From an uncultured Acidobacteriota bacterium (GTDB lineage Bacteria; Acidobacteriota; JAQAZP01), in assembly GCA_963836075.1 (NCBI GenBank), contig CAWIIB010000009.1:1056001-1120000 (forward strand): 64,000 nt of DNA, given 5' to 3'. This document shows, one piece after another, positions 29,570 through 37,989 of the stretch. Position numbers and translations under genes: made by a program. Position 1 is the first letter of the stretch, and every line of letters begins with the position of its first letter. The notes beneath the pieces were generated by a model. The model did no database searches. It had not been told where the DNA came from and saw only the letters and a program-made list of their open reading frames with translations.

Positions 29570-29671
29570 GTACAGCCCGCCGCATGCTCGGGGAGTATCT
29601 TCGCTGCGCGATCCTCGCCGCCGGCCACGATTCGGAGGCGCAGCTGGGCACAGCTAAGCGTTTCACTATAC
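29570..29671 (+). mobile_element. IS91-like mini-remnant 3 (skeleton of N-terminal piece + C-terminal piece + oriIS-like end)
   Basis: Encodes REYLRCAILA (IS91 zinc-binding N-terminus-like), then GCCGCCGGCCACGATTCGGAGGCGCAGCTGGGCACAGCT (nearly identical to 21252-21290), fused through CACAGCT to AAGCGTTTCACTATAC. Confidence 0.7.
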
Positions 29672-31669
29672 TTAGGGATCCAACTCCAGAATCACCGACC
29701 GTTCGCCGGTAACGGGATCCAGTCGTACCAGCGACGAGTGGTCCTCGATATAGAGGCTGCTCCCGGGGGAACCGGGAGAGGGCCAGGCGCCGAAGATGCC
29801 CGCGACACCGCGCCCACTCCCTATAACCGGGCGGACCTCTCGACCGAGAAGCCGACAGTCACCATCATCGAGGTTGGCAAGATAGCATTCGGTCTGTAAC
29901 TGGACTTTCGGCTTCTTCGAGAGCGTTCGAGTCACTCGCAATGCCAGCAGGCCGGGCGCCACCTCCCCATGGATAGTGCCCCAGCCTTCAGCTATCCTGA
30001 TTGTGCGCAGAACTGTGCCTTCGGGGGAATACAGAACAAGCTCGGTCGAGTCTTCCACTCGTCGCAGGATGGCGATTCTGCCATCGAAAAGCAGGTGTGC
30101 CGAATCTGAGAAAGACCAGTTTCCCTGGTCCAACCGTGAAATAGACTCGCCGGTCCTGCCGTCGTGCAGGTAGATGGAACCATTGTCCTCATCCCTCTTC
30201 TGAATCGTCATCCGTTTCGTATCCCGCGACCAGGAGGCGCGGTACAAGCCGTTGGCAGCGTTGGGGATGAATCCCGTGCGGTGGAAGTCTCCCCGGGCCA
30301 CGTCGAATTCAGCAATCACTACGCCGCCCCGGTCATCCTGACCCTCGGGCAGGTCAGGATAGAGCCCGGCCATTTCCCCGGGAAGGGCCATGCGGTAGAA
30401 CCGGACCAGGTTCGGGCTCTGGAACATTACCCGGTGGTATCTCAGGTCGCGACAGGTGCGGGTGGTGGCCAGCATCTGACCCGAGTCCAGGTCGAATACC
30501 TGCAAGTCATTTTCGATCACCAGTGCCAGGCGCTCACCGTCCGCCGATAGCGCCAAGTTCCGTACCCACTGGTCGAGTTCCAGGACCTGCTCCGGCTGGT
30601 TCTCCGCTTCCCCCAGATCGACGGTCCAGATCTGGGCTGCCAGGTCCCTGCCCCACGATCTAGCGACGTACTGGAGCCAGACCACACGTCGGCCATCCGG
30701 GGTGAAGGCGACAGTGTTTGCCCCACGCCACGGAACATCGGTGCGCAGCCAGTGTTTGCTATCCGTGTTGAACAGGAAGGACTGGCTGTAGCTTGTGCCA
30801 CCTCGTTTCACCTGGCCGGAGAGGTAGACCCAGCTCCCTTCTCCACCGGCCATGGCTTCATCGATGAAATAGAGATCCTGCGGTTCAGCACTCCTGATCC
30901 ACGCCGAGTACCCGGCATGGACAGAAGCGCTGATCAACAAGCCGCCGCTGAGAGCCAGGGCCAGTACCCGGGCCCCCCGTTTCAGATCGGCCCGCCCCAA
31001 CAAAACCTGGAACAGCCCGGCTGCATACAGCGAGACCAGGAGGCCGCCCAACAGCAGCAGGATTGAGATGAACATCGGGCTGCCGATCAGGCCCAGCGGG
31101 ATGGCTGAATGCCAGGCCACGGACGCCGCGGCGATTCCCACGGCAAGGGGAAGTATGATCCAGGCCGACTGGGCGCGGGCCAGTATGCTCAGTGTATAGG
31201 CGAGCCCGATGAGCAGCGCGACACAGAAAAGGGAAAGGGCCATGGCAGGCGCCTTGAACACTTCCAGAAACACACCGTGCCCCCGGGCGGCATCAGCCCC
31301 GGGCAGCAGGGTGCCGAGGAAGGTGGGGAGGAGAACGATCAGCACCACGGAAGCAATCAGGATCAGAACGCCAGTCATTTTTCCGGCCCAGACGGTCAGG
31401 CCGGACAACGGCCGGGAAAAATAGAACCCGAACCGCTTTTCCGACAGATCGCGGCCGATCACCGTTGCCCCGAGGATCAGGGAAAGGGCCACGGTGAATC
31501 CGGCGGCCAGCGCCAGGGCCGAGGTAGCTCGGAGAGACGTCGGATCGTAGGATTTCAACGCCGGCAGAAAGGGGAGCAGAAAGGGCAGGGGGGCGATAAT
31601 TGCAGCCAGGAGAAATACCTGGCGGCGGGCGACCAGTTCCCTGAGGGTCAGTTGGATCAGGCCTTTCAT
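29672..31669 (-). CDS. ABC-2-type permease fused to a C-terminal beta-propeller-like domain
   Basis: N-terminal TM helices with GRDLSEKRFGFYFSRPLS; later AFTPDGRRVVW and ALSADGERLA repeats; ATGA-coupled to the ATPase. Confidence 0.7.
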   Translation of the reverse strand: MKGLIQLTLRELVARRQVFLLAAIIAPLPFLLPFLPALKSYDPTSLRATSALALAAGFTVALSLILGATVIGRDLSEKRFGFYFSRPLSGLTVWAGKMTGVLILIASVVLIVLLPTFLGTLLPGADAARGHGVFLEVFKAPAMALSLFCVALLIGLAYTLSILARAQSAWIILPLAVGIAAASVAWHSAIPLGLIGSPMFISILLLLGGLLVSLYAAGLFQVLLGRADLKRGARVLALALSGGLLISASVHAGYSAWIRSAEPQDLYFIDEAMAGGEGSWVYLSGQVKRGGTSYSQSFLFNTDSKHWLRTDVPWRGANTVAFTPDGRRVVWLQYVARSWGRDLAAQIWTVDLGEAENQPEQVLELDQWVRNLALSADGERLALVIENDLQVFDLDSGQMLATTRTCRDLRYHRVMFQSPNLVRFYRMALPGEMAGLYPDLPEGQDDRGGVVIAEFDVARGDFHRTGFIPNAANGLYRASWSRDTKRMTIQKRDEDNGSIYLHDGRTGESISRLDQGNWSFSDSAHLLFDGRIAILRRVEDSTELVLYSPEGTVLRTIRIAEGWGTIHGEVAPGLLALRVTRTLSKKPKVQLQTECYLANLDDGDCRLLGREVRPVIGSGRGVAGIFGAWPSPGSPGSSLYIEDHSSLVRLDPVTGERSVILELDP

Positions 31670-32595
31670 CGTCTTTCCTCCACGGCATCCCCGGTGAGGG
31701 TGATGAAGATCTCCTCCAGCGACATGGGATCGGCGGACAGCGGCATCGCCTCACCGGTGTCCTGATGTGCGGTGAGCGCATCATCTTGGTAGCGGTCCAC
31801 CACCCACTCCCGGCCCAGCTCATGGGCCGTGAAGCTGATCACACCCAGGGGTTCGAGCAGTGCCGGCACCGCGGTCTGATCCGGGGCAGCCGTGGCGCGA
31901 ATGCGGCGGTGCCGGTCCTTGACCGACTCCAGGGGTTCGTCGAGAACGAGCTTTCCTTCACGAAGAATCCCCACCCGGTCGGCGATCCCCTCCACTCCGG
32001 CCAGGTCGTGGGTGGAGATCAGCACGCTGGTTCCCCGGTCCGCCAGCTCACCGATCAGTTCGTCAAAGAGCTGGCTGCGGGCCACCGCATCGAGGCCCAG
32101 GGTCGGATCATCCAGTACCAGGAGATCCGGTTGGCCGGCCAGGGCCAGGGTGAGCATTAACTGGCCTTTCTGGCCCTTGGAGAGCTTTCCGAAGCGCTGG
32201 TCCGGCGCAATCCGGAACCTCTTCATCCGGTCGGTGGTCACACGCTCATCCCAGCGGGGGTAGAGGGTGGAGTAGAAGCGGCTCAGTTGCCCCGCAGTCC
32301 AATCCGGTGGCGCATCCGGCTCCTCGGGCACCACGCCCACCCGGCGCAGTATTGTGCGGTGGTGGCGCCAGACCTCGTCCCCGAACAGCGCTATCCCCCT
32401 CGACTGCCCTTTGCGGTGTCCGAGCAGGCAACTGACCAGTGACGTCTTGCCGGCCCCGTTGCGCCCCAGCAGAGCGTAGACCTCTCCCTGCTCCACCTGG
32501 ATCGAGACGGAGTCGAGAGCTTTCCGCCGTCCGTAACGGACAGTGAGGTCGCGAACCTGGATCACGGGAGTGGTGTTTGATTTCCGCTCACTCAT
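31666..32595 (-). CDS. ABC transporter ATP-binding protein (YtrB-like)
   Basis: GRNGAGKT, LSKGQ, LLVLDDPTLGLD, ISTH. Confidence 0.92.
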   Translation of the reverse strand: MSERKSNTTPVIQVRDLTVRYGRRKALDSVSIQVEQGEVYALLGRNGAGKTSLVSCLLGHRKGQSRGIALFGDEVWRHHRTILRRVGVVPEEPDAPPDWTAGQLSRFYSTLYPRWDERVTTDRMKRFRIAPDQRFGKLSKGQKGQLMLTLALAGQPDLLVLDDPTLGLDAVARSQLFDELIGELADRGTSVLISTHDLAGVEGIADRVGILREGKLVLDEPLESVKDRHRRIRATAAPDQTAVPALLEPLGVISFTAHELGREWVVDRYQDDALTAHQDTGEAMPLSADPMSLEEIFITLTGDAVEERR

Positions 32596-32998
32596 CGTCC
32601 GTACCCTCCCCGGCTGTTTCCAGTTCATCCCAGGCGGCATCCAGCACCGTGATGGCGGTTTTTTTTGCGGTCCCGCTGGTCAGGGCCAGGCTGGCATAGC
32701 GCCGGGCGCCCTGCTGGAGCAGTTTGCGCTGTTTGCCCTTGGCCAGTGCCGGCGGCTGGTCCGCGACAAAGGTGCCTTCCCCCCGGCGGATCACCAGCAG
32801 CCCGTCAGCGGTCAGCCGCTGGTAGCCCTTGGCCACGGTGGCCGGATTGACCTGAAGCTGACGGGCCAGCTCGCGCACCGAAGGCACCGGGTCGCCCGGC
32901 TTCAGGGTTCTGGCCGCCAGCAGCTGCCTCACCCCTTCCTCGATCTGCCGCCAGATGGGAACGGCATCACCGGGATTGACATGCAGCAACCGCCTCAT
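32588..32998 (-). CDS. GntR/YtrA family transcriptional regulator
   Basis: PIWRQI, LKPGDPVPSVRELA, VNPATVAKGY, RRGEGTFV. Confidence 0.92.
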   Translation of the reverse strand: MRRLLHVNPGDAVPIWRQIEEGVRQLLAARTLKPGDPVPSVRELARQLQVNPATVAKGYQRLTADGLLVIRRGEGTFVADQPPALAKGKQRKLLQQGARRYASLALTSGTAKKTAITVLDAAWDELETAGEGTDDE

Positions 32999-33040
32999 CT
33001 CCTCGCCCCTCGCTTTCAATGTCCGCCGCCGTCGAATTAC

Positions 33041-33060
33041 TGTATCACTGTTGTAATACA
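33041..33060. promoter_or_regulatory. YtrA-type operator
   Basis: TGTATCACTGTTGTAATACA, a TGTA(T)...(A)TACA palindrome ~45 bp upstream of the ytrA-like start. Confidence 0.65.
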
Positions 33061-33117
33061 CTAAATCGGTGTGCAGTGTCTAGAAGTTTAGAGAATATTT
33101 TCAGTGCCGGTGAGCCT

Positions 33118-33267
33118 GGTCTTCGAGCTCTACCACCAGGCCATCGACGGCCGGCCCAACACCCGCGGCGGGGAGTATCGCATCAACCTGCTGCCCACCA
33201 CCTGCAGTTCAACGTGGTCAGCGCCGGGACCCTGAGCCAGGCCCAGGCCGACCCCGAGTCGATGTAG
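33118..33267 (+). pseudogene. Internally deleted duplicate of the hypD 3' end
   Basis: Matches 20482-20565 joined to 20823-20886 through the shared 11-mer CCACCACCTGC, then CGATGTA as at the hypD stop. Confidence 0.88.
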
Positions 33268-33363
33268 TGCACAATTTGGGGGTCAGGTCTTGAAATATCA
33301 CATTTTCCGTACCTTACTATATTAAGCATGTGATATTTCAAGACCTGACCCCCAAATTGTGCA
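33268..33363. repeat. Perfect 36-bp inverted repeat (REP/MITE-like, GGGGTCAGGTCTTG type)
   Basis: TGCACAATTTGGGGGTCAGGTCTTGAAATATCACAT - 24 nt - exact reverse complement. Confidence 0.9.
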
Positions 33364-33397
33364 GAACAGGAGACGGTCACCATTGAAGGAGAAATAA

Positions 33398-34168
33398 ATG
33401 GACAAGTGGATGAAAAATGTTCTGGCCTTCTCACTCCTGCTCCTCGTCGCCCCTGCCGCCATGGCCGCCGGTCCCGAGACCGTCACCTTCCCCTCGGCCG
33501 ACGGCCTGACCATCACTGCTGACCTCTACACTCCGCACGAGGATTCCGCGACACCGTTCATCGTTCTGTTCCACCAGGCCGGCTGGAGCCGTGGCGAATA
33601 CCGGGAGATCGCCCCGCGGCTGAACAGCCTCGGGTTCAACTGTCTTGCCGTGGACCAGCGTTCCGGCGGGGAGGTGAACGGTGTGGACAACGAGACGGTG
33701 AAACGGGCCGAGGCCGCCGGCAAGGGAGTCACCTACCTCGATGCCCTGCCCGACCTGGAGGCCGCTCTGGTCTGGGTGCGGAAGGACCACGCCAGGGGCA
33801 AGGTCATCGCCTGGGGCAGTTCCTACTCCGCTTCGCTGGTCCTCTGGATTGCCGGGAATAAGCCGGCACTGGCCGACGCCGTGCTCGCCTTCTCCCCCGG
33901 GGAGTATTTCGCCAGGGAGGGCAAGCCCGAGACCTGGGTCAAGGACGCTGCGGCAAAGATCGCCGTGCCGGTCTTCATCACTTCGACCCGGGATGAGCAA
34001 CCGATGGTCGCCCCCATCTTTGCCGCCATCCCCCTGGGGAAGAAGATCGCCTACCTCCCCGCTTCCGAGGGCAACCACGGATCTCGCGCCCTCTGGAAGA
34101 AGTTCAAGGACAGCAGTGGTTGCTGGGAGGCGGTGACCGCCTTTCTCTCACAGTTTTCGAAGAAGTAG
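33398..34168 (+). CDS. Secreted alpha/beta hydrolase (dienelactone hydrolase-like)
   Basis: Signal peptide; LFHQAG, AVDQRSG, WGSSYSAS, FSPGEY, NHGS. Confidence 0.8.
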   Translation: MDKWMKNVLAFSLLLLVAPAAMAAGPETVTFPSADGLTITADLYTPHEDSATPFIVLFHQAGWSRGEYREIAPRLNSLGFNCLAVDQRSGGEVNGVDNETVKRAEAAGKGVTYLDALPDLEAALVWVRKDHARGKVIAWGSSYSASLVLWIAGNKPALADAVLAFSPGEYFAREGKPETWVKDAAAKIAVPVFITSTRDEQPMVAPIFAAIPLGKKIAYLPASEGNHGSRALWKKFKDSSGCWEAVTAFLSQFSKK

Positions 34169-34185
34169 GTGTCCCCTTTTTTCAG

Positions 34186-36345
34186 CTAAGGTGCCAGACC
34201 GGTCAACGTGACGGTGTCGCTGTCCGAATCGCCGGACGCCGGGTAGGGCGGCTGGTTGTACGGTGCCGTCGTAACGTCCCAGGCGCGGAGGGTGAACCGG
34301 TTCTCCCCGATCAGGGTGGGGTAGGCCGGGATGTTCTGTATCCATGAAGTGATGTATCTCGACCCGGCGTCGATATTGGTCCAGCCGGCGCGCCAGCTGG
34401 GGAAGAACCCGCCGCTGGCGATGGAAACGTCGATGCGGGCGGCGACCCGCCGGCGCTGGCCGGTGTACTGGTTGTCCAGAGCGGCAACGATCTGCGTGCT
34501 GAACGGCGAGACCCCGGCCGCCGGGGCCATGGTCAGGCGGCTGGCCACGGTGGAGAGGGCCGGGTAGTGAAAGCCCACGTCCACCATCCCGGAATCCTCG
34601 TTGAAGTTGATCGCCGTGGTTTTTTCGGAGATCAGTGTCCAGGTGGTTTCACCGGAGGTCATGTCCCAGGCGACGGGAATCAGGATCGTGTCGGCCGGAT
34701 CGCTGCCGGCATCGACACAGACACTGTCGGCAAGGTGTCCCGAGGCCAGCTGTTCCAGGTAGTGGCCGCCGCCGGCGCCGGAAGTGAATGCCGGGTCGGC
34801 ATTGGTCACTCCAGGCCCCCAGTTGACCGTGGCGGGCGGGCCTTCGTAGACCGCCCCCTCGTAGTTGCCGATATTGCAGTACGACACGGTGTTGGTGCCG
34901 CTGCTGAAATAGAGGTCTTTCCCGGTGGTTGACGAGTTCTGGCGGCTGATACAATCGGAGAGGGTGGAGGAATTCCTGATGTAGATACCGCCCCCATCCG
35001 TGGCGGCACTGTTCCCGGTCACCGTACAGCCGGACATCTCCAGAGCATGGTAAGAGAAGATTCCGCCGCCCCGGCCAGCGTCGTTGTCGACTATGGCATT
35101 GCCGGTAATGGGCTGGATCGCCGAAGAGGTGTAGATCCCGCCGCCTCGTTCACCGGCGGAATTGCCGCTGATGATGTTGCCGGTGACGATGCCGTTTGCA
35201 TGGACCCCGCCCCCATCCTGCCCCGCGCTGTTGTTGATGATCCGGTTGCCGATGAGGGTCCCGCGGGGACAATAGACGCCGCCGCCATACGAGATGGCAG
35301 TGTTGCCGCTGATCACGTTCCCCCTGATCACCGGCGTGCAGTCATAATTGCTGGTGGTGATAGCGCCTCCGTAAGAGGCATAGCCCTCGCGAATGGTGAA
35401 TCCCTCCACCACCGTGCTCGCCCCCTCGTAACTGAACATGAACCCGCGGTGAGGTTCCGCGGAACTGCCCTGACAATCGATGATGCAGTTTTCCGGCCCG
35501 TGTGCCGAAATAACGTGGACCCACTTGCCGTCGAAGGTGATGTCCCGGTTGCCCCAGCCGGTGTAGATCCCGTCGGCCACCAGCACCTGGTCGGTCTCAT
35601 CCAGCATGTCCCAGGACGCGGCGCCGATGGCCTCCTGGATGCTGTCGAAGGGGTGGGCCGCCGTGCCGTCCTCGTCCGGATCGCTCACCGTGGGGTCGCC
35701 CGGCCCGGGATCGAAGGGGCCGTCGTCGTCCACGTGGATGGTGGCCGGCCCCGGCCGGTGCTCCACTTCCAGGTAGGGTTGGCTTGCTTCGGCCCAGCCA
35801 TCCACACGGATGCCGCTTTCGTGGTTATAGAACCCTACGCCGAACCAGTGGGCATCCAGCGAGGAGCGCAGGTCGAGGATGCCGTTGCGACCCAGGTCGA
35901 TCTCGCGCCAGCCGGGGGGCCCGTCGTCATCAACGGTGGCGTACCTGTAGGAGGGAAGGTCGCTGGTGATGTCCCAGCGGATCCAGTGGTCGGAGGTGAC
36001 CAGCGGGTCGAACTCCAGCGGGGTGAGCGAGTACCTGGCGTGCTCCGAGGAGTCATTGGCATAGAAATTGAGGGTCACCGAAACAATATACTCGTCAGCC
36101 GGCACTGCGCTCACATCGAACCGGGCGTACCCCACCTCGTGGTAGTAGTTCTGGTAGTAGCCCGAGGCCGGGGTTCGCCAGGCCACGATCTCGCTGTCCA
36201 GGAGCGTGGGGCCGTAGACCGACCCGGTATTGTACGGGGCCGCGTCCGGCCAGCAGATGGTGGTGGCCGCCTGGGCCGGGCAGAACGCCAGGAGGCCCAG
36301 CAGGCAGAATCCCGCGGTGAATATTTGTGAGGAACGCCAGTTCAT
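34186..36345 (-). CDS. Large secreted protein: N-terminal beta-sandwich, right-handed beta-helix (GG(A/G)(I/V) repeats), C-terminal PYNQPPYP domain
   Basis: Signal peptide; DGTAAHPFDSIQEAI, VLVADGIYTG, repeated N.A..GGGI; ends DVTTAPYNQPPYPASGDSDSDTVTLTGLAP. Confidence 0.75.
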   Translation of the reverse strand: MNWRSSQIFTAGFCLLGLLAFCPAQAATTICWPDAAPYNTGSVYGPTLLDSEIVAWRTPASGYYQNYYHEVGYARFDVSAVPADEYIVSVTLNFYANDSSEHARYSLTPLEFDPLVTSDHWIRWDITSDLPSYRYATVDDDGPPGWREIDLGRNGILDLRSSLDAHWFGVGFYNHESGIRVDGWAEASQPYLEVEHRPGPATIHVDDDGPFDPGPGDPTVSDPDEDGTAAHPFDSIQEAIGAASWDMLDETDQVLVADGIYTGWGNRDITFDGKWVHVISAHGPENCIIDCQGSSAEPHRGFMFSYEGASTVVEGFTIREGYASYGGAITTSNYDCTPVIRGNVISGNTAISYGGGVYCPRGTLIGNRIINNSAGQDGGGVHANGIVTGNIISGNSAGERGGGIYTSSAIQPITGNAIVDNDAGRGGGIFSYHALEMSGCTVTGNSAATDGGGIYIRNSSTLSDCISRQNSSTTGKDLYFSSGTNTVSYCNIGNYEGAVYEGPPATVNWGPGVTNADPAFTSGAGGGHYLEQLASGHLADSVCVDAGSDPADTILIPVAWDMTSGETTWTLISEKTTAINFNEDSGMVDVGFHYPALSTVASRLTMAPAAGVSPFSTQIVAALDNQYTGQRRRVAARIDVSIASGGFFPSWRAGWTNIDAGSRYITSWIQNIPAYPTLIGENRFTLRAWDVTTAPYNQPPYPASGDSDSDTVTLTGLAP

Positions 36346-36522
36346 GGATCACACCTCGATGGTTGTGTGTCGAACCGCCAGTGGGAACCAGCGGTGCTGA
36401 ATGAAATTGTATGAGAGCAGGACGAACAGGGATCGGGCCAGCCCGTGCCGAGCCACCCGGGAGTTTTCTATTGATGAATATAGGGTTTGGCGGGAAGGGG
36501 GTCAAGGTGGGGGCGTACAGAA

Positions 36523-36558
36523 AAAAGGGGACTGGCAGCTATGTGCCTGTCCCCTTTT
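36523..36558. repeat. GGGGAC...GTCCCC REP-like palindrome / possible bidirectional terminator
   Basis: AAAAGGGGACTGGCA-gctatg-TGCCTGTCCCCTTTT just past the LysM gene stop. Confidence 0.65.
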
Positions 36559-36576
36559 CTATGTTTCACAATGCTC

Positions 36577-37086
36577 TTATTCCGCCAGCGGGGGAATGCG
36601 CAGCACCTGGCCGGGGTAGATCTTGTCCGGGTCGCTGAGGGCCGGCTTGTTGGCCTCGAAGATCACCATGTACTTCATCGCGTTGCCATAGTGGGCCTTG
36701 GCGATTTTGGAGAGGCTGTCACCGCCCTGCACGGTGTAGAAGACGGCCTCGACTTCCGGGGCGGCTTCGGGTTTTGGCGCGGCCACCTTCAGCCGGTCGT
36801 CCACCTGGGCGATGCCGCCGATGTTTCCCACGGCGAGGATCACCTTCTCACGCATCTCCTGGCTGGCCACCGTGCCGCCGATCACGGCCACGTTGCCGTT
36901 CATCTGGACCCGCAGGCTCTCCACATCCAGCCGCAGGCTGCGGATGAAGTCAGTGATCGCCTTCTCGTTCTTCCGCGCCGCTTCTTCGGCCGCCGCCATC
37001 TGAGCCGTCTCGCTCTCACCGCCGCCGAACAGCTTCTCGCCGGCATCCTTCACGAAATCAAACAGTCCCATTGTCATGTCCTCCAC
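36577..37086 (-). CDS. BON-LysM protein (Kbp/YgaU-like)
   Basis: MGLFDFVKDAGEKLF, EKVILAVGNI.GI, YTVQGGDSLSKIAK, IFEANKP.LSDPDKIYPGQVLRIP. Confidence 0.92.
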   Translation of the reverse strand: MEDMTMGLFDFVKDAGEKLFGGGESETAQMAAAEEAARKNEKAITDFIRSLRLDVESLRVQMNGNVAVIGGTVASQEMREKVILAVGNIGGIAQVDDRLKVAAPKPEAAPEVEAVFYTVQGGDSLSKIAKAHYGNAMKYMVIFEANKPALSDPDKIYPGQVLRIPPLAE

Positions 37087-37131
37087 GGTTCACTTCTGTG
37101 AGCCCGATTATGTTTCAGCCGAAGCCGGCCG

Positions 37132-37734
37132 TTACTTGTTGCCGAACAGGCTGCCCAGCAGCTTGCCGCCGATATTGATCACGTCGTCGGAGATCTGACC
37201 GTCGCCATCGGTGTCCAGCAGGCTGCTCAACAGGTCCGTGGACTCTGGAGCGCGCCGCTGGATCGTATCTTTCTCCTGGCCCAGCAAGCCGGTGAGCCCG
37301 GAAATATCGAGGCCCTGCTGTTTCTTCTGTTTGCCCAACGCGCCCATCACCAGCGGGGCCACCATGGCCAGGATCTGGCCCACGGAACCGCTGTCCAGGC
37401 CGCTCATCTTGCCGATGCCGGCCTCGACATTGCCCTGCTTCTGACCCAGCACGTGCTTGAGGATCCCGGCGCCGTCGGCCGAGCCGCCCTGGCCCAGGAA
37501 GCCGCCGATGTCATCGAGCACGCTGCCGTCGTGGTTGCGGTCAAGGGCGCTGAGCAGCGATGCGGCGCCATCAGAACTGCTGGCATTGCGGTTCAGGGCT
37601 CCGAGAAGCACGGGCAGGGCGCCGGAAAGGGCCTTGGAGACCGACTGCTCGTCGGCGCCCACTTTCTGGCTGAGCTGCCGGGTGGGCTCGCCGCTGAGAT
37701 TCTCCATCAGCATTTCGATAAGGGATGATGACAT
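37132..37734 (-). CDS. DUF937 (YidB-like) protein
   Basis: ALPVLLGAL, HDGSVLDD, GAGILKHVLG, VAPLVMGALG, LDTDGDG; usual neighbour of BON-LysM genes. Confidence 0.8.
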   Translation of the reverse strand: MSSSLIEMLMENLSGEPTRQLSQKVGADEQSVSKALSGALPVLLGALNRNASSSDGAASLLSALDRNHDGSVLDDIGGFLGQGGSADGAGILKHVLGQKQGNVEAGIGKMSGLDSGSVGQILAMVAPLVMGALGKQKKQQGLDISGLTGLLGQEKDTIQRRAPESTDLLSSLLDTDGDGQISDDVINIGGKLLGSLFGNK

Positions 37735-37833
37735 GTACCTCTCCTCCGGTTTGAGAAACGCTCCCGGCGTTTCAATCGTTGCACTTGTTGAGTTGTGAGA
37801 CGGGGTGAACCCCCCGGGACAATCAGGAAATCG

Positions 37834-37877
37834 GGGACGGCTGCCTGTTTATATCGACAAAAACAGGCAGCCGTCCC
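37834..37877. repeat. 17-bp perfect inverted repeat of the GGGAC...GTCCC family
   Basis: GGGACGGCTGCCTGTTT-N10-AAACAGGCAGCCGTCCC. Confidence 0.8.
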
Positions 37878-37989
37878 AAATTTCCCCAATTCCCACTAAC
37901 TGAGACCACTTAGCCAGGGGAAAGTCACATAAGTATGATGGTGTTTTTCGGCGGAAGTTACAAGTATTTTCACCCGGTCGAAATAATTC

